This document shows, piece by piece, positions 28,019 through 38,188 of a stretch of 64,000 nucleotides of DNA; position 1 is the first letter of the stretch, and each line of letters starts with the position of its first letter. A program made the translations under genes and the position numbers. The notes beneath the pieces were generated by a model. That model was not told where the DNA came from. It did not search any database and was given only the letters and a program-made list of their open reading frames with translations. This DNA comes from Vulcanimicrobiota bacterium (GTDB lineage Bacteria; Vulcanimicrobiota; Xenobia; Xenobiales; JADMJV01): contig JBFWNU010000001.1 of assembly GCA_050250895.1 (NCBI GenBank), positions 3,012,891 through 3,076,890 of the forward strand. The letters are read 5' to 3'.

Positions 28019-28387
28019 ATGTTCACCCACGCCACTTTCGTAGATTTTCTCGAGAAGGTCTTCAAGGAAACCATCGACATCGACCTGGCCATCAACTGGC
28101 TCGAAGAGGCTTACAACAGCCTCCAGTCTGAATCGGCTCAGTTGAGCGAACTGATCGAAAAATCAGGATACTTCGACGTCTCACCGGAAGAAGTCGAGTA
28201 TGGATTGACGGCGATGGGTGACTATCAGGCCGCCATCGAGGCGGTGCACAGCTTCCTCAGCGAAGGCTGGGAAGAGGGCCTGGAAGTGGCCATCGAGCGG
28301 GCCGGCGAAGCCCACCAGAAAATGCTGGTGGCCCACGACCTGGCCCAGCAAACCTCCCTCGACCTGGCTTTCGAAGCCGTTTACTAG
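28019..28387 (+). CDS. Acidic helical hypothetical protein
   Basis: AGGAGG RBS before ATG 28019; GC-typical codon usage. Confidence 0.65.
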   Translation: MFTHATFVDFLEKVFKETIDIDLAINWLEEAYNSLQSESAQLSELIEKSGYFDVSPEEVEYGLTAMGDYQAAIEAVHSFLSEGWEEGLEVAIERAGEAHQKMLVAHDLAQQTSLDLAFEAVY

Positions 28388-28390
28388 AGG

Positions 28391-30802
28391 CTAGCTCTCG
28401 ACCACCTGCATATACAAGGCCGTCGCCTGGGGCGACGGCGCCAGATTGAGTTCACGCTCTAGCGTTTTACAATATTCGTGGTAACAAGCCACCGCCTGAT
28501 CGCGGCGATTGGCCGCCAGATGGGCCCGGATGAGGCCGAGATGCGCTTCTTCCCGACAGCTGTCTCTTTCGAGCATCTGGCGGTAGCAACTCTCGGCTTC
28601 TTCTGGTTTTCCGTTGGCCAGATAGCTCTGGGCCAGACGCTCGGCCAGACGCATCCACTTTTCCTTGAGGGAGCGACGCGGCTCGAAGGTCCACTCTTCC
28701 CAAAGGCCTTCCAGAAAGTCCCCGCGATAGAGAGCCACCGCTCGGATGGCGGCCGCTTCGGCCTCGGCCCCCAGATCGTCGCTCTTGACCCGAGCCACCT
28801 TCTCGACCGCCTTCTCGAGCTCCCAGAGGTCGGCCCAGACCGACAGAGCGGGGTCGAGAAAGTAGAAGTCGCCCTCGGACAAGACCGCCGAGAAATCGCG
28901 TCCAGCGGCTGTGCGCAGGGCCCGTCGCACCCGCGAGACGGTGGTGTGGAGATTCTTGCGCACCTTGTCGCCGGCCTCAGGCCAGAGCAATTCGGCCAGA
29001 CGACCGGCCGCGATGGGCCGCTGCCAGTGGAGCAGCAAGGCGAACAGCTCCTGGGCTTTGCGGGTGGTCCAGGCGCTCGACTCCAAAGCACGACCGTTGA
29101 CGCTCACCTGCAGCCGACCCAGGCAACGGGCCTCGAGCACGGGCTGGTCGCTGGGCACCTCGGGAGTCGGGGCCGGCTCGATGCGGCGGGCCTGCTCGGG
29201 CGGCAGGTGTTCGCGGGCGAAGCTGGCCAGAAAGGGCCAGGTCTCGACCAGTTCGGTCAGCCGGGTCAGGGTGGTCTCACCACCCAACCCCATCTGCAGA
29301 CCGCCCACCAGCACCCCGGCTGCCTCGCGCGCCTGACCCGGCGACAAGCCGCCCAGGCTGGTGGGCTGGGCCAACCACTCGGGAAAGGCCCGGGCAAACT
29401 CGTCGCGCCGCTCAGCCTGCAATTGCAATCGCATCCACAGCCGATCGCGCTCGGGAGCCAGCGCGTCGGCCTCGGGAAAGAGCCCCAACACCGAGTCTGC
29501 CTGCGACAATCGCCCCAGAGCAATCAACAAGCGGGTTAGCTCGAGCACGACCCGGGGCGGCTTCTGTCCCAACCCCTCGAGCAAACGTCCGGCCTGGGCG
29601 GCCAGTTTGGCTGCCCCCGCTTTGTCGCCTCGGGCCAACGCCGTGAGCGCCCGTCCGATGGCCAGCGAAGCCTGCAAATCGTGATCTCGCTCGCCGGTCA
29701 GGGCCTCGGCCTCTTGATAGGCTCGCAAGGCCTGATCATACTCACCCGACTCGCGCAACAGGTTGCCCAGCTGCTCGAGGTTGCGACAACGCTCGCGGTG
29801 ACCCTGGTCGCTGCGCCCCATCAGAGCCTCGAGATCGGTCAACTCGCGATGCTCTCTCGCCAGGTCACCACACAGCGAGACGACCGTCGGGTCAAAGCGA
29901 GTGCGAGCCTGCTCGTCGAGCCATTCCAACGCTTTGGCAGCCGTCAAGGCTTTGCGCTGAGGACGGTCGTGGGTCAGGCTGTCGAAAGCCTCGGCCACGG
30001 CCAGGATGCGCGACTCGATGGGAATGGCCTCACCCGCCAGGCCCCGTGGCTGCCCGCTGCCGTCATAATGCTCGCGCAACCCCTCCAAGATGGGCGTGAG
30101 GGCGGCCAACTCGGGCACCTGGGCCAGCAAGCGCCGGGCCAGCAGCGGATGGTTGTGCAGCTTTTCATACTCTTCGGCCAGTAGGGGCTCGGTCTTTAAC
30201 AACAGCTCTCGGTCGATATAGGCCAGCCCGATGTCATGCAAGAGCGCTGCCAGCTCGAGCCGATCCAGGGTCTTGCCCTCGAGTCCCAGCTCTTCGCCCA
30301 GGTCGGCGGCCAGAGCGGCCACTCGCCTCGAGTGGTCGTAGAAGAAGCTATCCTGGCCCTGGAAGGTGTTGACCAGGGTGGCCACCAACCGCAAATAGCC
30401 GCGCTTGAGCTCTTCATTTTCGGCCTGGCTGCGCACCTCGACCCGGCGCAGCTCTAGACTGTGGCGCACGCTCTTGAGCAGATCATCCATCTCGAAAGGC
30501 TTGAACAGATAGTCGTCGACCCCGTTCTTGATGGCCCGCACCGGCGCGTCGTCGCTGGCATAGCCGGTGATCACGATGGTGCGCAGCCCACCCTGCATCT
30601 GGCGCAAGATCCCAATCGCCTCCAGCCCGTCAATCTCGGGCATGCGCACGTCGCAGACCAAAAGATCGAGCAGCTCGGCCCTGGCTACCTCGATAGCCTC
30701 GGCCGCTCGGGCCGCCGTGAATACCCGATAGCCGGCCCGCTCCAGGGTGCGGGCCAGGCCTTTGAGAATCAGCGGGTCATCGTCGAGAACCAGAATGGTC
30801 AT
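28391..30802 (-). CDS. Response regulator: REC + HD-GYP-like + TPR + SARP/BTAD activator domain
   Basis: ILVLDDD..CDVRMP..ITGY..KPF; HDIG..EHYDGSGQPRGL; C-terminal LYRGDFL..W, REEAH..LI, ELNLAPS. Confidence 0.85.
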   Translation of the reverse strand: MTILVLDDDPLILKGLARTLERAGYRVFTAARAAEAIEVARAELLDLLVCDVRMPEIDGLEAIGILRQMQGGLRTIVITGYASDDAPVRAIKNGVDDYLFKPFEMDDLLKSVRHSLELRRVEVRSQAENEELKRGYLRLVATLVNTFQGQDSFFYDHSRRVAALAADLGEELGLEGKTLDRLELAALLHDIGLAYIDRELLLKTEPLLAEEYEKLHNHPLLARRLLAQVPELAALTPILEGLREHYDGSGQPRGLAGEAIPIESRILAVAEAFDSLTHDRPQRKALTAAKALEWLDEQARTRFDPTVVSLCGDLAREHRELTDLEALMGRSDQGHRERCRNLEQLGNLLRESGEYDQALRAYQEAEALTGERDHDLQASLAIGRALTALARGDKAGAAKLAAQAGRLLEGLGQKPPRVVLELTRLLIALGRLSQADSVLGLFPEADALAPERDRLWMRLQLQAERRDEFARAFPEWLAQPTSLGGLSPGQAREAAGVLVGGLQMGLGGETTLTRLTELVETWPFLASFAREHLPPEQARRIEPAPTPEVPSDQPVLEARCLGRLQVSVNGRALESSAWTTRKAQELFALLLHWQRPIAAGRLAELLWPEAGDKVRKNLHTTVSRVRRALRTAAGRDFSAVLSEGDFYFLDPALSVWADLWELEKAVEKVARVKSDDLGAEAEAAAIRAVALYRGDFLEGLWEEWTFEPRRSLKEKWMRLAERLAQSYLANGKPEEAESCYRQMLERDSCREEAHLGLIRAHLAANRRDQAVACYHEYCKTLERELNLAPSPQATALYMQVVES

Positions 30803-30921
30803 CGCAAGCGCCTTCACCGTGCCAGCAAGGCTCCCCTCGTTCATAAAACAGCAATCTGACGGCAACTCTCTCTTAACGGTCTGGCAACGGACAGGCAAAC
30901 TCGGGCCCCGATCATGAAAGC

Positions 30922-31722
30922 ATGTTCAGACCACTGCTCCACCACACCCTCCGCCGCCGGCGCGACGGGCTCAAACTCTCCCAAACCGAACTCGCCCGCC
31001 GCTGTGGCATCAAACGCAGTCGCTACGCCATGCTCGAGCTTGGCCTGCGGGCTCCCAGCCCCGACGAGTTACAGCAGCTCGCTGGCGGCCTGGGCACCTA
31101 CGTCGAATACCTCGGCGAGTGTCGCACGCGGCCGCCAGGCTACCATCAGCTCCTTCATCTCAACGCCAATCGCGACTATCGCAAGCCCACCCCTTTTTTT
31201 CCTCCGAAGGACCGCGCCACCGGGGTTCGGCTGCACCAGGCACGTCGTCGCTACGGTGACTTGATGCGGGCCATCGAGATGAGGTTGACCCGGCGCGGCG
31301 ATACCGACCTGTGCGCCTTCTTCTGCGAAGAGCTAGCTTGCGATTCGGCCGAAGAGTTCTTGTTCATCCTCTGCCTGCTCTTGCAGGGCGGGACTCCCGG
31401 CATCGCATCGCCCAACCGCTACTGTCATCCGCCTCACCCCATCGTCGACCCCACCAATCGCGACCCCGTTGGCCATCGCGCCCTCCCCGCGATTTTTCTC
31501 GCCGGTCAACCTCACTTCATCCAGGCCTCGCTTGCCACTCCGCGCCTCTACACCGTCGACGTGTTGCGCTGGAACGGTTCGTGGAGCATCATCGAAGTCG
31601 ACGGCACCGGCCACTACAACCCCGAAGAACGCGAGCGAACCCGGGCCCTGGCCGTGCCTATCGAGCGCCTGACTACCGAGGATGTCCTGGCGCTGGCCTG
31701 GCGCCTGGTCTCTGGTCGCTAA
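30922..31722 (+). CDS. XRE HTH protein with C-terminal DUF559/Vsr-like nuclease-fold domain
   Basis: LRRRRDGLKLSQTELARRCGI..LELG HTH; YTVDVL...IIEVDGTGHY..ERERT...IERL PD-(D/E)xK-like motif. Confidence 0.7.
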   Translation: MFRPLLHHTLRRRRDGLKLSQTELARRCGIKRSRYAMLELGLRAPSPDELQQLAGGLGTYVEYLGECRTRPPGYHQLLHLNANRDYRKPTPFFPPKDRATGVRLHQARRRYGDLMRAIEMRLTRRGDTDLCAFFCEELACDSAEEFLFILCLLLQGGTPGIASPNRYCHPPHPIVDPTNRDPVGHRALPAIFLAGQPHFIQASLATPRLYTVDVLRWNGSWSIIEVDGTGHYNPEERERTRALAVPIERLTTEDVLALAWRLVSGR

Positions 31723-31730
31723 GCCGCCCC

Positions 31731-33045
31731 GCGCGCTCTGCCTCGCCGGGGCGGGTTGTTCCCACCAAACCCCGGAGCAAGCCCGCTCTGCCTCGCTGTG
31801 GCGGGTGGCTCCCACGAAATCCCGGAGCATGCTCCCACGAAACCCCGGAGCAAGCCCGGCCTGCCTCGCCGGGGGCGGGTTGCTCCCACGAAACCCCGGA
31901 GCATGCTCCCACAAAACCCCGGAGCAAGCCCGCTCTGCCTCGATGGGGCGGGTTGCTCCCGCGTAATCCCGGGAGCAGATCCGTTCGGCCAGGCAAGCCC
32001 GGGCCACCGCCCGCGAAGCCCAGGCCACAACCCGCGAAGCCAGGCCACCGCCCGCGAAGCCCGGGCCACAACCCGCGAAGCCAGGCCACCGCCCGCGAAA
32101 GCCCGGGCCACTGCCCGCTCTGCCTCGCTGGGGCGGGTGGCTCCCACGAAAGCCCGGAGCATGCTCCCACAAAACCCCGGAGCAAGCCCGGCCTGCCTCG
32201 CTGTGGGCGGGTTGCTCCCACGAAACCCCGGAGCAAGCCCGGCCTGCCTCGCTGTGGCGGGTGGCTCCCACGAAATCCCGGAGCATGCTCCCACGAAACC
32301 CCGGAGCAAGCCCGCTCTGCCTCGCTGTGGGCGGGTTGCTCCCACGAAAACCCGGAGCATGCTCCCACAAAACCCCGGAGCAAGCCCGCTCTGCCTCGAT
32401 GGGGCGGGTTGCTCCCACGAAAACCCGGAGCATGCCCGCTCTGCCTCGCTTGGGCGGGTTGCTCCCACGAAACCCCGGAGCATGCCCGTTCTGCCTCGCC
32501 GGGGCGGGTTGCTCCCACGAAAACCCGGAGCATGCTCCCACAAAACCCCGGAGCAAGCCCGGCCTGCCTCGATGGGGCGGGTTGCTCCGACGAAAACCCG
32601 GAGCAAGCCCGCTCTGCCTCGCCGGGGGCGGGTTGCTCCCACGAAAACCGGAGCATGCTCCCACCAAACCCCGGAGCAAGCCCGCTCTGCCTCGCTGTGA
32701 CGGGTGGCTCCCACGAAACCCGGGAGCAGGTCCGTTCTGCCAGGCAAGCCCAGACCACCGCCCGCGAAGCCCAGGCCACTGCCCGCTCTGCCTCGCTGTG
32801 GGCGGGTTGCTCCCACGAAAGCCCGGAGCATGCTCCCACAAAACCTCGGAGCAAGCCCGCTCTGCCTCGCTGTGGGCGGGTTGCTCCCACGAAAGCCCGG
32901 AGCATGCTCCCACAAAACCCCGGCGCAAGCCCGCTCTGCCTCGATGGGGCGGTTTGCTCCCACGAAACCCGGGAGCAGGTCCGTTCTGCCAGGCAAGCCC
33001 AGACCACCGCCCGCGAAGCCCAGGCCATCGCCGCGAAGCCAGCGC
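31731..33045. repeat. Mosaic array of short palindromic modules (REP/BIME-like)
   Basis: About 17 copies of GCCCGCTCTGCCTCGnnnnGGCGGGT, about 25 of TGCTCCCACGAAACCCCGGAGCA, plus GGCCACCGCCCGCGAAGCC units (hand counts). Confidence 0.9.
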
Positions 33046-33053
33046 AAAGCTAG

Positions 33054-35024
33054 CTAAGGGCGGGAAGCCTGGGGGAGTTCGAGGGTGAACACGGTGCCCT
33101 GCGAGCAGTCGAAGGTGATGCGCCCGCCGTAGGCCTGGGCGTGGGTGTAGGCGAGGTAGAGGCCGAGGCCGGTGCCTGAGCCCACCGGCTTGGTGGTGAA
33201 GAAGGGCTCGAAGAGGCGGTCGCCGATTTCCGGGGGCACGCCGGGGCCGTTGTCGGCCACGGCGATGCGGACCAGGCCGTCCGAGGCGTGGGCCGAGACC
33301 GAGAGGGCGGGGGCGGCCAGGCCGGCCACGGCGTCACGGGCGTTGGCCATGAGGTTCACCAGGCAGGCCACCAGTTCGTCCGAGTGGCCCTGCACCCACA
33401 GCCCATCCGGCACGGATAGGGAGAAGGGGGTGTCGAGGGAGCCCTGGGCCTGGCGAACCAGGTCGGCCACCTCGAGGGGGCGGGTGGGGGTCTCTTGCTT
33501 GCGCGAGAAGGTTAAGAGCTCTTTCACGATGGTCTGGCAGCGGGCCACCGCCTGGGCGATGGTGTCCACGCTCTCGAGGTCTTCGTCGTCGGAGATGGCT
33601 CCCCGCAGCAGATTGAGGTGGACGTTGATGGCCAGCAGGGGGTTGTTGATCTCGTGGGCAACTCCGGCGGCGAGCTGGCCGACCGCGGCCATCTTATTCG
33701 CCTGCAACAGGTCGGCCTGCGAAGTCTGCAAGCGCTTATAGAGGTCGGCGTTGGCTAGAAAGACACCCATCAGGTCGGCCAGCACCGTCAGGTAGCGCTG
33801 TTCGGTCTCGCCGAAGGCGCGCGGGTCCGACGAGGTGAGGATCACCTGACCCCGGGGCAGGGGAGCGACCAACATCGCCTTCTGGCCCACCACCGGCACG
33901 TCGGGCAGACGATCGAGGGCCAGGCGCGAGTCGGGCACCGAGAGATATTTGTGAGCTAGCTGGCCGTCGAGGGTGACCAGCAGGCACTCGGCCGGGATGG
34001 CTCCGCGCAAGCTGGTTTCGAAGCGGGTCAAGAGGTCGCCGCGGTCGAGGGTTCCGCCTACCTCGCGGGCCCCCTCGAGCAGGCGTAGCAGCAGATTCAC
34101 CCAGTGCTCCAGGCGAGCCCCTTCCTGGCCGAGTTCGAGGCGCTGCTCTTTCTGGTGGGCGGTGCGCAGGGCGGCCGCGCTGTGGCGGGCGAAGCGCTCG
34201 AGCAGGGGAGAGACCTCGTCGACCCCGGTCAGGTGGATGACCGCTTCTTTTTGCCAGGGAATCGCCACCGACTTCCCGTCGCGAACGGTCTTGCCCTGAC
34301 GGGCCTGGAGCACCAATTGGGGGGCGTCCTCGAAGGTTTGATAGACGCGGGCCGTGCGGGCTCCGGACAAGCGTGTGAAGGAGCGGACTACCCCGTCGAT
34401 CAGCTCGTCGGGTCGCTGGTGGGCGTGTAGCGAAAAGGCGAAAGCGTCGAGTTCTTCGAGGTGTTGGCGGGCGGTGAGCACTTCGAGGCGCTCGCCCTCT
34501 TCGCGATAGTCGGGGGGGTCTGATGGGGAGCGGGGAGTGAGCGCGAATAGCACGGGGGCGATCCACAGTGGCTGGGTCAACTGGCTGGCCACCAGGCCAG
34601 AGCCGGCCACTCCGAGGTAGAAGGGCCAATGCCCGAGCGACTCGCCCTGAGTGGGCAGCACATTAGACAGAGCCAGGGGCAGGAGCAGGGCCAGCCCCAG
34701 GTAGAGCGCACAGGCGGCCGGTGCTGGTAGCCACACCAGGCTGGCCACAGCCAGCAAGGTGGCCAGGGCATCGTGGCGGGGGCCACGGCGAGCCAGCATG
34801 GCGATGGCCAGGGCCCCGGCGCCGGGCGGGCCGAGGGCCAGATAGAGAGCAGGGGCGGCTGATAGGGCGCCGTAGCCGGCCAGGGGCGGGGCCAACCATT
34901 CGAGGGCCAGAGCCAGCAGGAGGGCCAGACCGTGCCAGGGGGTGAGTTCCAGGCCGTGGCGCAGGCAGACCAGCACCAGCACGGCCGCGGTGACCAGTTC
35001 GAGAGCGAGAAGTAGCTTCTTCAT
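33054..35024 (-). CDS. Membrane sensor histidine kinase with GAF-like domains (NtrB-like core)
   Basis: AAGVAHEINNPL, NLMANARDA, DNGPG, FEPFFTTK, GTGLGL. Confidence 0.92.
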   Translation of the reverse strand: MKKLLLALELVTAAVLVLVCLRHGLELTPWHGLALLLALALEWLAPPLAGYGALSAAPALYLALGPPGAGALAIAMLARRGPRHDALATLLAVASLVWLPAPAACALYLGLALLLPLALSNVLPTQGESLGHWPFYLGVAGSGLVASQLTQPLWIAPVLFALTPRSPSDPPDYREEGERLEVLTARQHLEELDAFAFSLHAHQRPDELIDGVVRSFTRLSGARTARVYQTFEDAPQLVLQARQGKTVRDGKSVAIPWQKEAVIHLTGVDEVSPLLERFARHSAAALRTAHQKEQRLELGQEGARLEHWVNLLLRLLEGAREVGGTLDRGDLLTRFETSLRGAIPAECLLVTLDGQLAHKYLSVPDSRLALDRLPDVPVVGQKAMLVAPLPRGQVILTSSDPRAFGETEQRYLTVLADLMGVFLANADLYKRLQTSQADLLQANKMAAVGQLAAGVAHEINNPLLAINVHLNLLRGAISDDEDLESVDTIAQAVARCQTIVKELLTFSRKQETPTRPLEVADLVRQAQGSLDTPFSLSVPDGLWVQGHSDELVACLVNLMANARDAVAGLAAPALSVSAHASDGLVRIAVADNGPGVPPEIGDRLFEPFFTTKPVGSGTGLGLYLAYTHAQAYGGRITFDCSQGTVFTLELPQASRP

Positions 35025-36223
35025 AGCTGGGTCAGCATGGCCATCATAGGTAGGAACGAGGCGGTCACGATGGCCCCCACGATGGCCCCGAGGATGAGCA
35101 AGACCAGCGGCTCGAAGAGCTGGAAGAACTGCTCGACCAGCAGTTGGAACTCTTCGTCGGCGAGGTTGGCATAGAGGGTGAGGAATGGTCCGATGCGGTT
35201 GCTTTCGTAGCCGGTCTCGAGCAACCCCTTGAGCACCGGAGGAAACAGTTCGCAGCCGGCGATGGCCCCGGGCAGGTCGTGGTTCTTGAGGTCGCTGCGG
35301 AAGCGGTCGAGATGACGGTCAAACCCTTCCCAGCCGCTCTTGGAGAGCACCACGGCCCGGTCCCAGTCAAAGCCCACCTCGAGCAGCAAGGCCAGATTGC
35401 GGGCGAAGTCGATGAGCAAGAGGCGGGCCACCAGGGGGCGCAAGGCAGATTCGAAGAGCAGCTTGTGGCGCAGGGCCGGTCCGGCCGGAGAGAACCAGGC
35501 GGCCAGCGCCAGCGCCAATACCAGCAGGCCGACAACCAGGGCCGTCACCAGGCGATGAGGCTCGAACAAGCCCACCACCAGCCGCGTGAAAGCCGGCATC
35601 TCGAGGCCCATGTTGGCGATCAGCGCGTTGACGCGGGGGACCAGATAGCCCACCAGCAAGAGCACCATCGAGCCCACCGCCCCGAGCAAAAAGAGGGGAT
35701 AGGTGAGCGACGAGACCAGCTGATCGCGCCGTCGCTGCTGCTCGCGGCAGGCGGTGGCCAGACGGGACAGCACGCCCACCAGCTTGCCGCTCTCTTCGCC
35801 CAGGCGAATCAGGCTGACCTGGCTTTCGGGAAAGACGCCCGAGCGGGCCATGGCGGCCGAGAGATAATGACCCGAGGCCACCTGGATAGCCAGTTTTTCG
35901 TAGAGTTCAGCGAGGGAGGGGTGTTCGCCCCGGGCGGCTACCTCCAGGGCGTCCAGGATGTGGACTCCGGACTGGGTCAAGACCGACAACTTGAGGTAGA
36001 GGAGCGAGCGGTCTTTGAGGGCGAGCGGTCGACTCGAAGTGGGTTCGGGGTCGGGTGAAGGCCGAGGCGCGAGGCTGGGAGCGCCCTGGACCGACTTTAG
36101 CCGAACCACCGTCCACCCGCGGGCCAGCAGGATTTCTCGAGCCGCAAGTTCAGACCTGGCGTCGACCAAACCGTCGCGCACCTCGCCGGCTTGATCTTGG
36201 CAACGATAATGAAACGATTGCAT
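35021..36223 (-). CDS. pilC: Type IV pilus/T2SS inner-membrane platform protein (PilC/GspF)
   Basis: G.V.A.S...AR..L N-terminus, LGEESGKL, LTYP, FEPLVL...FLPM. Confidence 0.85.
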   Translation of the reverse strand: MQSFHYRCQDQAGEVRDGLVDARSELAAREILLARGWTVVRLKSVQGAPSLAPRPSPDPEPTSSRPLALKDRSLLYLKLSVLTQSGVHILDALEVAARGEHPSLAELYEKLAIQVASGHYLSAAMARSGVFPESQVSLIRLGEESGKLVGVLSRLATACREQQRRRDQLVSSLTYPLFLLGAVGSMVLLLVGYLVPRVNALIANMGLEMPAFTRLVVGLFEPHRLVTALVVGLLVLALALAAWFSPAGPALRHKLLFESALRPLVARLLLIDFARNLALLLEVGFDWDRAVVLSKSGWEGFDRHLDRFRSDLKNHDLPGAIAGCELFPPVLKGLLETGYESNRIGPFLTLYANLADEEFQLLVEQFFQLFEPLVLLILGAIVGAIVTASFLPMMAMLTQL

Positions 36224-36237
36224 GCTATACTACGGAG

Positions 36238-37833
36238 GTGTCAGCCTGGTTTCGACAACGTGGGATGGCCCTGGTCACCGCTCTTTTCGTGGTTCTGCTG
36301 CTACATGCCTTGGTGGCGGTCATCCTGGCCGGGCTGTGGACCGATACCGGGGTTTTGCGCCTGTCTGACCGACAGACAGCCAGTTTTTATCAGGCCAAAG
36401 CGGGCATCCACTACGCTCTCGAACAGTTGGCCGGCCCCGACGCGCTGACCTGGGAGACCGCCCACCTGGTCGATGACCCCAACTATCCCGCCAACCAGGT
36501 GCCGACGGTGGCCGCCCAGGTGCCTCTCGATGGCACCGTGATGGTCTGGGTCCAGAACACCAGCAACCCGTCCTTTCGACTATTGCGGGCGGCCGCCCGC
36601 CAGGGCGAGGGGTGGACCTTCGTCGGCTTGACGGCCCGCCGCTGGGAGCGCATTCCCGGGCTGACCTTCGCCTTTGAGGCAACGCCCCCCGATACTCCCG
36701 ACACCGTCTATAGCCTCGCGGGCGACGATCCCAACTGGAACGTGCTGGGAATGCCTCCAGCCATGATCTGGGATGGACCGGCACCTCGTCCGGTGCCGGA
36801 GCCGCCTCATACCCTGCTCTTCCCCGAGGCGGACAACAGCGGCAACCTGTATGTCCAGGGTCTGACCGGCGACGGCATCAGCAGCCTGCGCTACGACAGT
36901 CGGCGGACGGAATGGGGTCTGCTGCCCACCGTTCCCTCTCCCGATGTCTACGGTTTGGCGGCCGGAGGCGGCCATGTCTACGCCGCCAGTCAAGACCAGA
37001 TCTTCGACTTGCTCGATCCCGAAGCCGCCACCTGGTTTGCTGGCCAGCCGCCTTCGTCGGTGCAGTGGACCACCCTCGAAAAGCCGCCCACGGCCTGGTA
37101 TGACCGCCACGGAGACTTGCAGGTGCTCGCCGACCGGCCTTGTCGCACCTTCGGCCTGGATGCCGACGACTCGGGCAACTTGTACGCTCGTTTGATGGGG
37201 CCGACCCAGCTGTTGGCGCGACGTGACGCCCAGACCGGCAACTGGGACTTCTTGCCCCAGCCGCCTCCCAAAGCCTATCAGAAGAACGCCGCCGGTGAGT
37301 TCGAGGTGGTCGATATCGATCTGCCGCCTCAGGTGCTGAGCCCGCCCACCGTCGACGGCGACGGCAACCTGTTCTGCCTTTGGCAGCCACCGGGACGCGA
37401 GCGACTTCCTGACACCATCTTCAAGTTCGTACCCGAAGGCCGGGTGGTCAATCGCACCGTCCAGGGCCAGTGGAAGGTGCTGCCACCCGCTCCCCTCAAG
37501 GTCTATGACCTGAGCGGCAACCTGCACAGTCTACCCGACGAATTGGCCCGGGATTTTCAAGCCCTGGAGGTCGATTCTCAGGGCCGCTTGCTGGTCAAGT
37601 ATAACGTGCCCAACTACTTTGGCCTGGGACTGGGAGTGGACACGGTCTACCGTTACGATACCCATAGCGGCAAAGCCCAGATGACCGACATTCTGCCTCC
37701 CATCCAGCGCCAGAAACCCACGGGGGCCGGCCCGATCACCCTGCCCGGCTACGTGACGAGACTACCGTTTTTGGGGGCCGGCGGCAGCCATCAGCCCGGA
37801 CAGTTGGAGTATGTCCCGCTTAGCTGGTTCTAG
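36238..37833 (+). CDS. PilX-like minor pilin with beta-propeller-like C-terminus
   Basis: FRQRG|MALV class III signal; AKAGIHYA; repeated D.SGNLY...W..LP blades; GTG start 6 nt after TGCTATACT. Confidence 0.7.
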   Translation: MSAWFRQRGMALVTALFVVLLLHALVAVILAGLWTDTGVLRLSDRQTASFYQAKAGIHYALEQLAGPDALTWETAHLVDDPNYPANQVPTVAAQVPLDGTVMVWVQNTSNPSFRLLRAAARQGEGWTFVGLTARRWERIPGLTFAFEATPPDTPDTVYSLAGDDPNWNVLGMPPAMIWDGPAPRPVPEPPHTLLFPEADNSGNLYVQGLTGDGISSLRYDSRRTEWGLLPTVPSPDVYGLAAGGGHVYAASQDQIFDLLDPEAATWFAGQPPSSVQWTTLEKPPTAWYDRHGDLQVLADRPCRTFGLDADDSGNLYARLMGPTQLLARRDAQTGNWDFLPQPPPKAYQKNAAGEFEVVDIDLPPQVLSPPTVDGDGNLFCLWQPPGRERLPDTIFKFVPEGRVVNRTVQGQWKVLPPAPLKVYDLSGNLHSLPDELARDFQALEVDSQGRLLVKYNVPNYFGLGLGVDTVYRYDTHSGKAQMTDILPPIQRQKPTGAGPITLPGYVTRLPFLGAGGSHQPGQLEYVPLSWF

Positions 37834-38188
37834 GGGCCTGACCCTGGCCGAGATTTTGTTGTGCGTCTTCATCCTGGCCGTGGCCATTCTGGGCCTGGTC
37901 AGCGTTCAGGTGTTCGCGCTCAAGTCGCGCACCGTCACCTCCGAGCGGTTGCGCGCCGCCAACGCCGCGGCCGGGGTGATGGCCGGCCTCGAGAGCCAGG
38001 CCGGGATCGATTACGCCACCAGTTTCGGGCGGGCGAGAGGCGCTCTCGAGCCGGGGTTGGAGTATGCCGTCGACGACCAGCCTCGCTCGGCGTCGTTGCG
38101 GCAGTTGACCATCACAGTCTATTTTCGCGATTTAGAAGGCGGGAGGGAAAGTGCCTACACCTTGCAGACGCTCCTGCACCGGCGTTAG
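37811..38188 (+). CDS. PilV-like prepilin protein
   Basis: SRG|LTLAE motif; LRQLTITVYF strand. Confidence 0.75.
   Translation: MSRLAGSRGLTLAEILLCVFILAVAILGLVSVQVFALKSRTVTSERLRAANAAAGVMAGLESQAGIDYATSFGRARGALEPGLEYAVDDQPRSASLRQLTITVYFRDLEGGRESAYTLQTLLHRR

Noticed and set aside
31731-33045. Possible CRISPR array
   Set aside because: No unique spacers, modules directly abut, and no cas genes in the window.
31311-33088. Multiple long ORFs (275-580 aa) in several frames on both strands
   Set aside because: Artefacts of a stop-poor DNA repeat array; translations shift frame between units.
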